Shown one piece after another: positions 51,236 through 59,760 of a stretch of DNA of 64,000 nt; the first letter of the stretch is position 1, and each line of letters starts with the position of its first letter. This DNA is from a virus. The stretch is from positions 1 through 64,000 of IMG/VR virus record IMGVR_UViG_3300028859_000011. The stretch is one strand, 5' to 3'. Position numbers and translations under genes: made by a program. Under the pieces are notes generated by a model that saw only the letters and a program-made list of their open reading frames with translations, was not told where the DNA came from and ran no database searches.

Positions 51236-51622
51236 TTAATATTCATCTAAAAATTCAATCTCATCTTCATCATCTACATTTATTAACTTTATAACATTTG
51301 TATAACCAGTAAATTCTTTTAGTTCATCTATCATATCATAAAAATCAGATTCATCCAAACTATCTAATAAATCAGCTAATTCATATTTAGCAGGTTGATA
51401 ATCATCTTCATCAATATAATCATCTAAACTTTTTTCTCCTTGAGTGTCTAATATTTCTAATATCTGATCAATTGCATCATGTTTATATTCCCAAAAAGAT
51501 TCATGTTCATCATCAACTCTAACTTCCCATTTATCTTCGTTTTCATTATCGTTTTCATTTTCTTCGTCATTCAGAATATTTTCATTAATATATTCAAACT
51601 CATCAAATTTTTTAAGCCCCAT
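51236..51622 (-). CDS. Acidic protein with Family A-like leader
   Basis: Start reassigned to MGLKKFDEFEY; very Asp/Glu-rich. Confidence 0.6.
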   Translation of the reverse strand: MGLKKFDEFEYINENILNDEENENDNENEDKWEVRVDDEHESFWEYKHDAIDQILEILDTQGEKSLDDYIDEDDYQPAKYELADLLDSLDESDFYDMIDELKEFTGYTNVIKLINVDDEDEIEFLDEY

Positions 51623-51630
51623 AATATTAT

Positions 51631-51670
51631 TTTTATTTGTATATATTAATTTTAATATATACAAATAAAA
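51631..51670. promoter_or_regulatory. Perfect palindrome holding back-to-back TAATATATAC motifs
   Basis: 19 bp arms TTTTATTTGTATATATTAA / TTAATATATACAAATAAAA between two divergent starts. Confidence 0.6.
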
Positions 51671-51673
51671 AAT

Positions 51674-51736
51674 ATGAGAATAGTAAGTATAAAGTATTTT
51701 TTAAGGCCAACTGCCCATTGTTCTAATGGCTGTTAG
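51674..51736 (+). CDS. 20 aa peptide MRIVSIKYFLRPTAHCSNGC (leader-peptide candidate)
   Basis: ATG...TAG directly after the palindrome and before a GC-rich terminator; below the track cut-off. Confidence 0.4.
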   Translation: MRIVSIKYFLRPTAHCSNGC

Positions 51737-51740
51737 ATAT

Positions 51741-51767
51741 GGGCATCGGGAGATGCCCTTTTATTTT
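51741..51767 (+). terminator. GC-rich terminator with an alternative pairing partner
   Basis: GGGCATC-GGGA-GATGCCC then TTTTATTTT; ATGGGCA can instead pair with TGCCCAT at 51712-51718. Confidence 0.75.
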
Positions 51768-52138
51768 GGTTCGTCAAATATAACATTCCAATTATTTAAT
51801 TTATGCCAACCACTAGGCATTAATATTTCTAATTCATTTGATAATAAATTATCAAATGTAACATATTCTTTTACTTTACCGTTTTTTACTTTGTCAGAAA
51901 TTTTAAATTTATCATTTAATTTGGTTCTTAAAATAACCATTTTAGATTCTCCTCCTTTATATTTAGCATAATATTTAGCATAATTTATATCATTAGTAAA
52001 AGATATTGATGACTTTTCATCACCTGTATTATTAGTTTTCATATATCCATCATTTTGTATATGTAATGACTGCCCTCTACCTGTACCATGATAAATATAA
52101 TTATCATCATTATCAAATTTATTAAAAGTTGTAATCAT
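51761..52138 (-). CDS. ADP-ribosyltransferase-fold-like protein with Family A-like leader
   Basis: MITTFNKFD; YIYHGT ... ISFTNDINYAKYYA. Confidence 0.55.
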   Translation of the reverse strand: MITTFNKFDNDDNYIYHGTGRGQSLHIQNDGYMKTNNTGDEKSSISFTNDINYAKYYAKYKGGESKMVILRTKLNDKFKISDKVKNGKVKEYVTFDNLLSNELEILMPSGWHKLNNWNVIFDEPK

Positions 52139-52162
52139 ATTTTAAATTATTTTAAATTATTT

Positions 52163-52468
52163 TTAATCATATTTATCTATCAAAGGTTTAATTAATAAAT
52201 ATGTTAAGTAACATATAAAACTTCCAATAAATCCATATATTGGAATTATTAATAAACTCATAATAGTTAGTTCATGATAATATATCATTAATAAAGTTTT
52301 AATTATAATACCCCAATAGAATCCGCTGCACTGACAGCACTTTAATAACTTACCTAATGATTGATTCATTTCTTGTATTTTATCTCTTATATGCTTAAAT
52401 ATATAAGATTGGGTTGTTATTAATGTTGCTCCAATTGTTGCTAATATAAATAATAAAAAGGTTAACAT
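52163..52468 (-). CDS. DUF1360-like membrane protein
   Basis: TM helices flanking LGKLLKCCQCSGFYWG. Confidence 0.6.
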   Translation of the reverse strand: MLTFLLFILATIGATLITTQSYIFKHIRDKIQEMNQSLGKLLKCCQCSGFYWGIIIKTLLMIYYHELTIMSLLIIPIYGFIGSFICYLTYLLIKPLIDKYD

Positions 52469-53595
52469 TATTCTTTATTTTTTTTATCAAGTTCAGATAT
52501 TATTTCATCTAATGTCATTCCTTTTATATAATAATTATATACATCATATCTTTCATAACCAAATGATGAGTCATAATGTTTATAAAGTTCATTCATTAGT
52601 CTATTATACTTACTAATTTCTTCTAAATTTTTAAACTCACCAACTTCATAATAAATTGATTCAATTACTATTGTTTCTTTTGGATTAAATATCGCATACG
52701 TATTGTGTTTTTTTTCTTTTGCGACATAACCAACAAATCCTAATTTTTCAATTGTATTAGATACAGAATCATTTTCATAATATCTCCAAGTATCATCTAA
52801 TTTTATTTTTTTTGGTTTTTTATTCCATGATTTTTTATATTTAGAAGCATATTCTTTCATCATATTTTCTTTTGCGATGTTATATAATTCTACTCCTTTT
52901 TCATATTGTTCATCTGTTATTTCAATATTTAAATATGTTTTGTGATATTTTTTATCAAGAAATATCCCAGTTAAATGATCAGATATTCTATAAATATCAG
53001 TTCCTTTAAATATACTTTTTATATAATTTCTAAAATCTTCAAAATATTTACGATATTCATATCCAAATTTATTATCTCCGTATGATATTGATTCTGCACC
53101 ATTTAAATAATATGAAAAAGTTTTTTTATCAATTGTATAAACATAATCGTCATCAACATCAACAACTATTAATTTATCATATTTATAATATGGATCATCT
53201 ACGTTATCTCCAATTTTAGCATTTATTATATTATCAACTGGTTCTATAATATCATCTCCTTTTAATAATTCTAAAATATCTTGTTTTTTATAATCCGTAG
53301 GAAAACAAAAATTGCTCATATAACAAGTAATTTTATCTGGTAATGCATCATCTAATTGTTTTAAATGCTCTTCTATATTTGCATCAAATATTTTACCATT
53401 TAATTTACATGTATAAATAACTGGAGATTGATCTAACTCATTATCACTTGATTTTTCACTTGCGTAGTCATATGCAAATTTACTATTATCTGAAAAAAAT
53501 GTTATATTATTTTTAAATTTAGAAAATAAATATGGTGAGCCATGATATAATGTAAAATTTGACATCATTTTTTCAAATGTTTTTAAATATTTCAT
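52468..53595 (-). CDS. Family A leader protein with ADP-ribosyltransferase-like (ART-PolyVal type) motifs
   Basis: MKYLKTFEK; LYHGSPYLFSKF...FFSDNSKFAYDYA; distal GFVGYV...YAIFNP. Confidence 0.6.
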   Translation of the reverse strand: MKYLKTFEKMMSNFTLYHGSPYLFSKFKNNITFFSDNSKFAYDYASEKSSDNELDQSPVIYTCKLNGKIFDANIEEHLKQLDDALPDKITCYMSNFCFPTDYKKQDILELLKGDDIIEPVDNIINAKIGDNVDDPYYKYDKLIVVDVDDDYVYTIDKKTFSYYLNGAESISYGDNKFGYEYRKYFEDFRNYIKSIFKGTDIYRISDHLTGIFLDKKYHKTYLNIEITDEQYEKGVELYNIAKENMMKEYASKYKKSWNKKPKKIKLDDTWRYYENDSVSNTIEKLGFVGYVAKEKKHNTYAIFNPKETIVIESIYYEVGEFKNLEEISKYNRLMNELYKHYDSSFGYERYDVYNYYIKGMTLDEIISELDKKNKE

Positions 53596-53682
53596 AAATT
53601 ATTATTATTTTATTATGTTATATATTAATATATCAAATCTTTTTTATATCTTTGTAATTAGAATAATTAAATAAAAAATTAT

Positions 53683-54189
53683 ATGAAATCATTTGAAACT
53701 ATATTTAACAATTGGATAAGTAGTAAAGTTGAATTTCAACTTAAAATAATAGATAACATTGCATCTGAAACGGGAGTTGATCCTGAAAAATGGTTTATTG
53801 AAAATTTTTTACGTAGGCATATCGGAGATTATACTGAAGATGATTTTTTAAACGTTCTTCTACAAGAATATATAGGTTATTTATCTAATGAATTTGACAA
53901 AATTGTAGGGGTTTATTTAGAAAGTGATAAACATAATATGTATGGAGAACCAATATATGACATATATATAACATTAGAATATGATTTTGATAATAATAAT
54001 ATTTTTATTAATGAAGAGTACGGAGAAAGAGTTGATATTGAAAAAGTCATACAATCAGTATCTCTTAATAATAGATCTGTGTTGATGAAAAATAAATTAT
54101 TTTCATATATCATTAATAAAACAAATTTAAATATTTTTTCTAAAAAAGATATAAGAGCATTAAAATTGAAACAATTAAATGAAATATAA
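53683..54189 (+). CDS. Hypothetical protein with Family B tag
   Basis: TATCTTTG box upstream; ends IRALKLKQLNEI. Confidence 0.65.
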   Translation: MKSFETIFNNWISSKVEFQLKIIDNIASETGVDPEKWFIENFLRRHIGDYTEDDFLNVLLQEYIGYLSNEFDKIVGVYLESDKHNMYGEPIYDIYITLEYDFDNNNIFINEEYGERVDIEKVIQSVSLNNRSVLMKNKLFSYIINKTNLNIFSKKDIRALKLKQLNEI

Positions 54190-54391
54190 AATTAATGATA
54201 TTGTATTGCTTAATAATGATATTAAATTAAAAATAATAGAAATTGGTGAAATTTCATTGTATTATGTAGTAGTATATTTAACAGAATCACGTCGCACTTA
54301 TATTGATTCTGAATATTTAGATTATAATTCATATCTAATAGATATTAAATATTTAAGAAAAGAAAAATTAAATAAATTATATGAAATATAA
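54179..54391 (+). CDS. SH3/KOW-like small protein with Family B tag
   Basis: MKYKINDIV ... LRKEKLNKLYEI. Confidence 0.7.
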   Translation: MKYKINDIVLLNNDIKLKIIEIGEISLYYVVVYLTESRRTYIDSEYLDYNSYLIDIKYLRKEKLNKLYEI

Positions 54392-54617
54392 AGTAGGAGA
54401 TATTGTAGTTGGAAACATTGTAGTTGGAAACATTTTTAAAATCGAAATTATAAGTATTTTGAATAATGAATATGAATATTGTCTAACATGCAGGTCAAAT
54501 AAAAAAATTACGAAATGGTGCACGATATCAATTGATAATTATACTAAATTAGATGATCAATATCTTAGAAAAGAAAAATTAAAGAAATTATATGATACTT
54601 CAGCAGTGGTTAAATAG
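54381..54617 (+). CDS. SH3/KOW-like small protein with Family B tag
   Basis: MKYKVGDIVVGNIVVGN (15 bp duplication) ... LRKEKLKKL. Confidence 0.7.
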   Translation: MKYKVGDIVVGNIVVGNIFKIEIISILNNEYEYCLTCRSNKKITKWCTISIDNYTKLDDQYLRKEKLKKLYDTSAVVK

Positions 54618-55152
54618 TCAAGATTTTTTAGAAAAAGATCAATTTGAAAAAAGAAAAATATTAAAAAGATGCATACTTACAGATAAATTTTGTATAATAG
54701 GTAAAACTGTTATATGCTTTGAAACTGAACGGTATTGTAATGAAAACAATAAAAGATATTATGATCCATCAATTAAAGGATGTAATTTAACTATTGGTAA
54801 ATCATATAATATATTAGATCATAATATTGGTAAAATAAAAGTTTTAAATGATAACAATAAAAAAGTATGGTGCACAATTAAAAGATTTATATATTCAATA
54901 AAATATGAGAGAAGAGATAAATTAAAACAAATTGATAACGAAGAAAATGATATATCAGATAAAAAATTAATTTGTGTTTTATGCGGGCAAGAATGGGGAG
55001 TAGAAAATAAGTTTACAAATACTTGTGAAAATATCGAATGTAATGGTTTCTGTACTTGGGGATATTCTCCTATGAAACCAGAAAGTTTTACAATTGATGA
55101 TAACGGATTTTGGCATTTAAAACCAATTCCGAAAGATTTAAATAATTTATAA
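54592..55152 (+). CDS. SH3-like domain, internal Family B tag and Cys-rich C-terminal domain
   Basis: LTIGKSYNI ... ERRDKLKQI ... CVLCG...CENIECNGFC. Confidence 0.65.
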   Translation: MILQQWLNSQDFLEKDQFEKRKILKRCILTDKFCIIGKTVICFETERYCNENNKRYYDPSIKGCNLTIGKSYNILDHNIGKIKVLNDNNKKVWCTIKRFIYSIKYERRDKLKQIDNEENDISDKKLICVLCGQEWGVENKFTNTCENIECNGFCTWGYSPMKPESFTIDDNGFWHLKPIPKDLNNL

Positions 55153-55162
55153 ATAATATATT

Positions 55163-55552
55163 ATGCTAGATAAAAAATCAACAAGTCTTATTAAAAATTA
55201 TGCTATTAGTACTGGTAAAAAAATAAACGTAAAAAGTGGTAGATGTAGATATAATTTTAGATGCCAAATGAATGCTGTTAATGATGCATTAAGTAGCAAT
55301 CAATCGACATTAGGAATGTGCATATGTATAAATGATGACTCATGTTTTATTCATTTTATTAATATATCTAAAAATAATACATATATTGATAATACTTTAG
55401 GACAATGGTCAATTAAATATAACTATTATTTAGTAAAAATAATTGATAAAAAAGATTTTTTAAATATAAATGATATATTTACTCAATATAGAAAAGAATT
55501 ACATCAAAAATTACCATTATATTTAAGAATGATAAATACAGTAGAATTTTAA
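55163..55552 (+). CDS. Hypothetical protein
   Basis: Clean ORF; CRYNFRCQMNA and HFIN...DNTLG. Confidence 0.6.
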   Translation: MLDKKSTSLIKNYAISTGKKINVKSGRCRYNFRCQMNAVNDALSSNQSTLGMCICINDDSCFIHFINISKNNTYIDNTLGQWSIKYNYYLVKIIDKKDFLNINDIFTQYRKELHQKLPLYLRMINTVEF

Positions 55553-55813
55553 ATGATTATAGATAAAGGATGGGGATATTGGAATTTAAAAAACTCTACA
55601 ATATTTGATGATATAGCATATTATCTATTTGTACAATATTATGTACATGACTACAAAGATTCTCAATTATATATGTCAAATATGGAATATGAGCCACCTA
55701 ATCAAAAATGGTTTTATTTCAGGAAACTTTATTATGAAAAATATTACAATAAAGCAAATATTATATTAAGAAAAGAAAAATTAAATAAAATAAATGAAAC
55801 TATAATAGAATAA
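55553..55813 (+). CDS. Family B tagged protein (paralogue of 42311-42556)
   Basis: WGYWNL...DDIAY...YYNKANIILRKEKLNKI. Confidence 0.65.
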   Translation: MIIDKGWGYWNLKNSTIFDDIAYYLFVQYYVHDYKDSQLYMSNMEYEPPNQKWFYFRKLYYEKYYNKANIILRKEKLNKINETIIE

Positions 55814-55838
55814 GTTAAACAATAAAAATTATAATATT

Positions 55839-56150
55839 ATGATAGTAGTACATAAAAGTGAAAAATACGGAGATTATTACGGAGAATTAGTTGAGTTTGA
55901 TTACACTACATCCATGAATATTCTTGATTGGAGTAGTAGAGATACCGCAATTTTCTGTACACTACTTGTTAATTTTGGAGTATCAGAAATTCTTTTTGAT
56001 ATGGAGTCAAAAAAAGATTATACTTGTACTGTATATATTGAAACAACAGAAAAAACAGACTATAAAAGTCTAATGATGTTAATTTTTTCAAAACATCCAA
56101 GTGAGTTTTCAGAAGAAACTACTAATCATTTTAGATTGTGGTTTGAATAA
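55839..56150 (+). CDS. Hypothetical protein
   Basis: Clean ORF in the plus-strand run. Confidence 0.6.
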   Translation: MIVVHKSEKYGDYYGELVEFDYTTSMNILDWSSRDTAIFCTLLVNFGVSEILFDMESKKDYTCTVYIETTEKTDYKSLMMLIFSKHPSEFSEETTNHFRLWFE

Positions 56151-56182
56151 AAATAAATAAATAAATAAATAAATATAATATT

Positions 56183-56623
56183 ATGTCAAGTGTTACAGAA
56201 AAATTAGAAGAATATTTAGAGTTTTTAAAAACTCCTGAGGGTGAAGAAAGTATTCGTGAGTTCCGAGAAAAATTACAATTAGAAGATGATCAAAATAATA
56301 TTAATATCGAAAGAATTAAAAAAATGTTCAATGATCAAGAAACTTTTGATTCTTTAGTCAATAGAATAATAAGCAAAAATGGAGAAGAATGGAGGGACAA
56401 ATGTTACAAAAATGGTTGTACACCATATCCAACTCAACTATTATACTCATTGTTTGATTTAGCAGAAAAAGAAGGAACTGAAATAACAGAATCTATTGAT
56501 GATTTTACAAGTCATTTTCCGTCTGATATCTGTGAATATAACGGTTGGCAATTTGCTTTGACATATGGTCAAGGTACATGTAGTAGTATATACTACAATA
56601 AAAAATTAATGTATAGAGATTGA
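56183..56623 (+). CDS. Hypothetical protein
   Basis: Clean ORF. Confidence 0.6.
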   Translation: MSSVTEKLEEYLEFLKTPEGEESIREFREKLQLEDDQNNINIERIKKMFNDQETFDSLVNRIISKNGEEWRDKCYKNGCTPYPTQLLYSLFDLAEKEGTEITESIDDFTSHFPSDICEYNGWQFALTYGQGTCSSIYYNKKLMYRD

Positions 56624-56877
56624 ATTCAATTAAAACAGTAAAATCAAGATATAGTATAACTACAATATCATCAAGTTATTATAATACACTTTCATCAAGT
56701 TATAATACAAATGACATTATTTCTGGTTCAACTGGATTATTAGAGCAAGGTTATATATTTGTTCCTTATATAATGTCTACAACAACATCAATTATTACTG
56801 AATCAAGAGAATGGAAGATACAGAGATTAAGAGAAAAACGGATAGAAAAACTTAATAAATTAGGTTGGAATGAATAA
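56620..56877 (+). CDS. Family B tagged peptide carrying a major-capsid-like motif
   Basis: LLEQGYIFVPYI resembles the gp23-family C-terminal [DE]xG[YL][IVF][YF][AC]PY[VI]P motif; ends KRIEKLNKL. Confidence 0.5.
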   Translation: MNSIKTVKSRYSITTISSSYYNTLSSSYNTNDIISGSTGLLEQGYIFVPYIMSTTTSIITESREWKIQRLREKRIEKLNKLGWNE

Positions 56878-57145
56878 TAACGGTTGGAATCAAGGTGATG
56901 AAATAGTATGTATAAATAATAGTAGTTATCCAAATATATTAACTATTGGAAGATCATATAAAATTATTGGAATTCATTGTAATACTAATATTAATAAATA
57001 TCAAGTTATTATTCAATCAAATAGTAATAGTTATACATTAACTGTATTTTGTGATTTGTTTTTATCACTCAATGATTTTAATAAAAAACAAAGACTTGAT
57101 AAGTTAAAAAAACTTAATAAATTATGCAATATAAATATTCAATAG
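56870..57145 (+). CDS. SH3-like paralogue with Family B tag
   Basis: QGDEIVCINN...LTIGRSYKI...QRLDKLKKL. Confidence 0.7.
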   Translation: MNNNGWNQGDEIVCINNSSYPNILTIGRSYKIIGIHCNTNINKYQVIIQSNSNSYTLTVFCDLFLSLNDFNKKQRLDKLKKLNKLCNINIQ

Positions 57146-57381
57146 ATGATAACGTTATCTGCATTTTAAATGATAATGGATATGAAAGATATTTAACAAT
57201 TGGAAAAACATATAAAGTCTTATATGTTTATATTGGAAAAATAACTAAATTAGAACATATATATGTTAACTCTGATATAAAGCATCAAGATATTAAACCA
57301 TTAAGTAGTCAATTTTTAACTATTAATAAATTTAAAAAATTTCAAAGAAAAGAAAAACTAATTAGATTAAATCTATTATAA
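57124..57381 (+). CDS. SH3-like paralogue with Family B tag
   Basis: DDNVICILND...LTIGKTYKV...QRKEKLIRL. Confidence 0.7.
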   Translation: MQYKYSIDDNVICILNDNGYERYLTIGKTYKVLYVYIGKITKLEHIYVNSDIKHQDIKPLSSQFLTINKFKKFQRKEKLIRLNLL

Positions 57382-57404
57382 CAATAATAAAAATAAAATA
57401 GTAT

Positions 57405-57626
57405 ATGAAGATATTAAGAAAAAATGACACTTTTAAAAAATTACCTGATGGAAGTATTAATGAAGTTGTTAGTATAAAATCTTATATTGAACAAGGATGG
57501 AAATATTGTTCGAAAAAAGAATATAAAGATTTTTTCAAATCAGGAGTTTCAGAGAAATTAGAAGAAAAGAAAATAGAAAAAGCTGAAAATAAAGAAAAAA
57601 AGAAAGAAAAAAAGAAAAATAAATGA
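57405..57626 (+). CDS. Small basic hypothetical protein
   Basis: GWKYCSKKEYK core and Lys/Glu tail. Confidence 0.55.
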   Translation: MKILRKNDTFKKLPDGSINEVVSIKSYIEQGWKYCSKKEYKDFFKSGVSEKLEEKKIEKAENKEKKKEKKKNK

Positions 57627-58057
57627 TTTTAGATATAATCAAATATGATGATTCTAACTCAGGTAAATTACGAAAAATAAATGTAGACGTAAAAAAAGAA
57701 AATCCTTTTTTAATTTCTTTGATTAAAGATATGTTTGAAACTATTAATTATCATAATTTTGAATTTGGATTATCTGCGCCACAAGTTGGACACAATTTAA
57801 ATTTATTTGTAATTAATAATCCTGATTTAAAAGAAGTATTTATAAATCCAGAAATAAAACTTGATGGATTTCTTATACAAAATAAAGAAAAATGCTTAAG
57901 CTTTCCTAATTTAGAATTTCCAATTAATAGAAGATCAATAGTTCATATTAAATATTATGATATTAATTGGAATTATAAATTATCTACATTTAAAGATTTA
58001 AATGCCATCGCAATTCAACATCAATTTGATCATATTAACGGTAAATTAATAATATAA
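57623..58057 (+). CDS. def: Peptide deformylase homologue with substituted catalytic Glu
   Basis: GLSAPQVG, EKCLSFP and QHQFDHING (canonical HExDH); no C-terminal helix. Confidence 0.85.
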   Translation: MILDIIKYDDSNSGKLRKINVDVKKENPFLISLIKDMFETINYHNFEFGLSAPQVGHNLNLFVINNPDLKEVFINPEIKLDGFLIQNKEKCLSFPNLEFPINRRSIVHIKYYDINWNYKLSTFKDLNAIAIQHQFDHINGKLII

Positions 58058-58063
58058 AATATA

Positions 58064-58435
58064 ATGAAAGCACCAAACGAAATTAGCGTAATTTCAATTA
58101 ACAATAAAGAAGACGTTTTAAAAACAATTGAACTTTTTAACAAAATTGGAATTAATGTATTTAAAGATAAACTATCAAAGAATTGGTTTATTTTGTCCGA
58201 AGAAGAAATAACAAAATGTTTTCTAATATCAGATAATGACGGTAACTGGAGACTACAATCTCATTTTTTAACAGATGGAATATCAGTTAAACAATTAGAA
58301 GAAATTATTAATACAGTATTATCAATAAATGAACAAATTAAAAATGATATTGGAAGTGTGAATAATTTAAAAAATGAACTTAAAAAATTTAAAAAATCAA
58401 TTAAAGAATTTGAAAATAAATTAAATTCATTATAA
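58064..58435 (+). CDS. Hypothetical protein
   Basis: Clean ORF with a coiled-coil tail. Confidence 0.55.
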   Translation: MKAPNEISVISINNKEDVLKTIELFNKIGINVFKDKLSKNWFILSEEEITKCFLISDNDGNWRLQSHFLTDGISVKQLEEIINTVLSINEQIKNDIGSVNNLKNELKKFKKSIKEFENKLNSL

Positions 58436-58436
58436 T

Positions 58437-58814
58437 ATGTTTAATAGGAAAAAGAAAGAAAGAAAAAGAAAACTAAAATATGAAGAATTAAATAAATTGT
58501 TCAGGATTAAACATGGAATTATTTGTAATTGGCGGAACAGAAAATATTCTTATCCTCCAGATACAATAGAAGGAAAAAATTTTCATAAAAATTTTTATTA
58601 TTTTTTTGTACAGGAATATGGTAATTTTTCACATTCTTTCAATGAATTTGCTTGTGTTAATTATGCTTTTGATCCAAAATTTGATCATTATCCAGTTGAA
58701 AAACTAAAAGAATTATATGATAAGATTGAAATAACTTTTCCTGAACCATTTATTCAAATTAATAGATTAAAAAAACTGAAATATATAAATTCTGTTAAAT
58801 ATGAAGAAAGGTGA
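58437..58814 (+). CDS. Hypothetical protein with Family B tag
   Basis: Ends NRLKKLKYI... Confidence 0.6.
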   Translation: MFNRKKKERKRKLKYEELNKLFRIKHGIICNWRNRKYSYPPDTIEGKNFHKNFYYFFVQEYGNFSHSFNEFACVNYAFDPKFDHYPVEKLKELYDKIEITFPEPFIQINRLKKLKYINSVKYEER

Positions 58815-59031
58815 TAAAATTACTTATATGAGTAACGATATTTGTATTTTCGATAAATATAAAACATATACTATTATTAATATACACAAAGATATTATAA
58901 CAAATGTGAGTTATCTTGATAATTATAAAAATTTATGTTATATAGTTTGTAGTTATACTATGAATAAATTCATAACATATAATCAATATAGAAAATTAAA
59001 ATTAAATAAAATTAATGAAAAAATATGTTAG
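58801..59031 (+). CDS. SH3-like small protein with Family B tag
   Basis: MKKGDKITY ... YRKLKLNKI. Confidence 0.65.
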   Translation: MKKGDKITYMSNDICIFDKYKTYTIINIHKDIITNVSYLDNYKNLCYIVCSYTMNKFITYNQYRKLKLNKINEKIC

Positions 59032-59207
59032 TAAAAGAATTAATAGAAAAAATAGAAGAATTAAGAGTAATATATCCTAATATTGATGATATTGAAATTG
59101 GACCACTTTTTGATGATAGTGCAGTGATGATGATTAGTGATTTGACGATAGAAGAAGGAACAGGATGGGAAACTGACGATGCAATTGGTATAATTTGGAA
59201 TTGTTAA
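59025..59207 (+). CDS. Small acidic hypothetical protein
   Basis: MLVKELIEKI start; overlaps the previous stop. Confidence 0.55.
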   Translation: MLVKELIEKIEELRVIYPNIDDIEIGPLFDDSAVMMISDLTIEEGTGWETDDAIGIIWNC

Positions 59208-59234
59208 GTTTTTATAAAAAAAAATAAATATTAA

Positions 59235-59477
59235 ATGTTAGAGGAAATTATAAATAATTATCCAGATGAAGAAATATTATCTGCTGATGGATTAGATGAT
59301 GCAGTTATTGGACTTGAAATAAACTCAATGAGATTGATATACTCAGTATCAAAATGTATTGAAATATTTATAAATGACGGCATGACAGAAGAAGAAGCAG
59401 AAGAATATTTTGAATATAATACTGCTAACGCTTATGTGGGTGATCATACACCAATATGGTGCTACGATGATTTTTAA
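59235..59477 (+). CDS. Conserved phage hypothetical protein
   Basis: ADGLDDAVIG...EEAEEYFEYN...YVGxxTP is a pattern I recognise from aquatic phages. Confidence 0.7.
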   Translation: MLEEIINNYPDEEILSADGLDDAVIGLEINSMRLIYSVSKCIEIFINDGMTEEEAEEYFEYNTANAYVGDHTPIWCYDDF

Positions 59478-59717
59478 AAATAACAATATTATGAAAAAAT
59501 GGACAGATTTATTGGTAGGTGATCCAATATATATTTTAAAATATGTTAAAAAAATATAACTAGTTTTATTGAAACAAAATGTGAAGGATTTGATAACATA
59601 GGTTATGCAATTGTTATTTATTATTATGTTGAGAGATTAGCAAATGATAAAGATTTTGAAGGTAAAGATTCCGTTACAAAAAATTTAAATAAAAATATAA
59701 AAAAGTGTAAATAAAAT

Positions 59718-59724
59718 AAACTTT
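59718..59724 (+). promoter_or_regulatory. Putative middle-type promoter motif AAACTTT, representative copy
   Basis: Also at about 1184, 9904, 31972, 42279, 42586, 45071 and 50391, and on minus near 38005 and 48817, generally followed by a TATTAT-like hexamer. Confidence 0.5.
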
Positions 59725-59760
59725 TTTAAAATATTATACTATTAAATATAATTAAACAAA

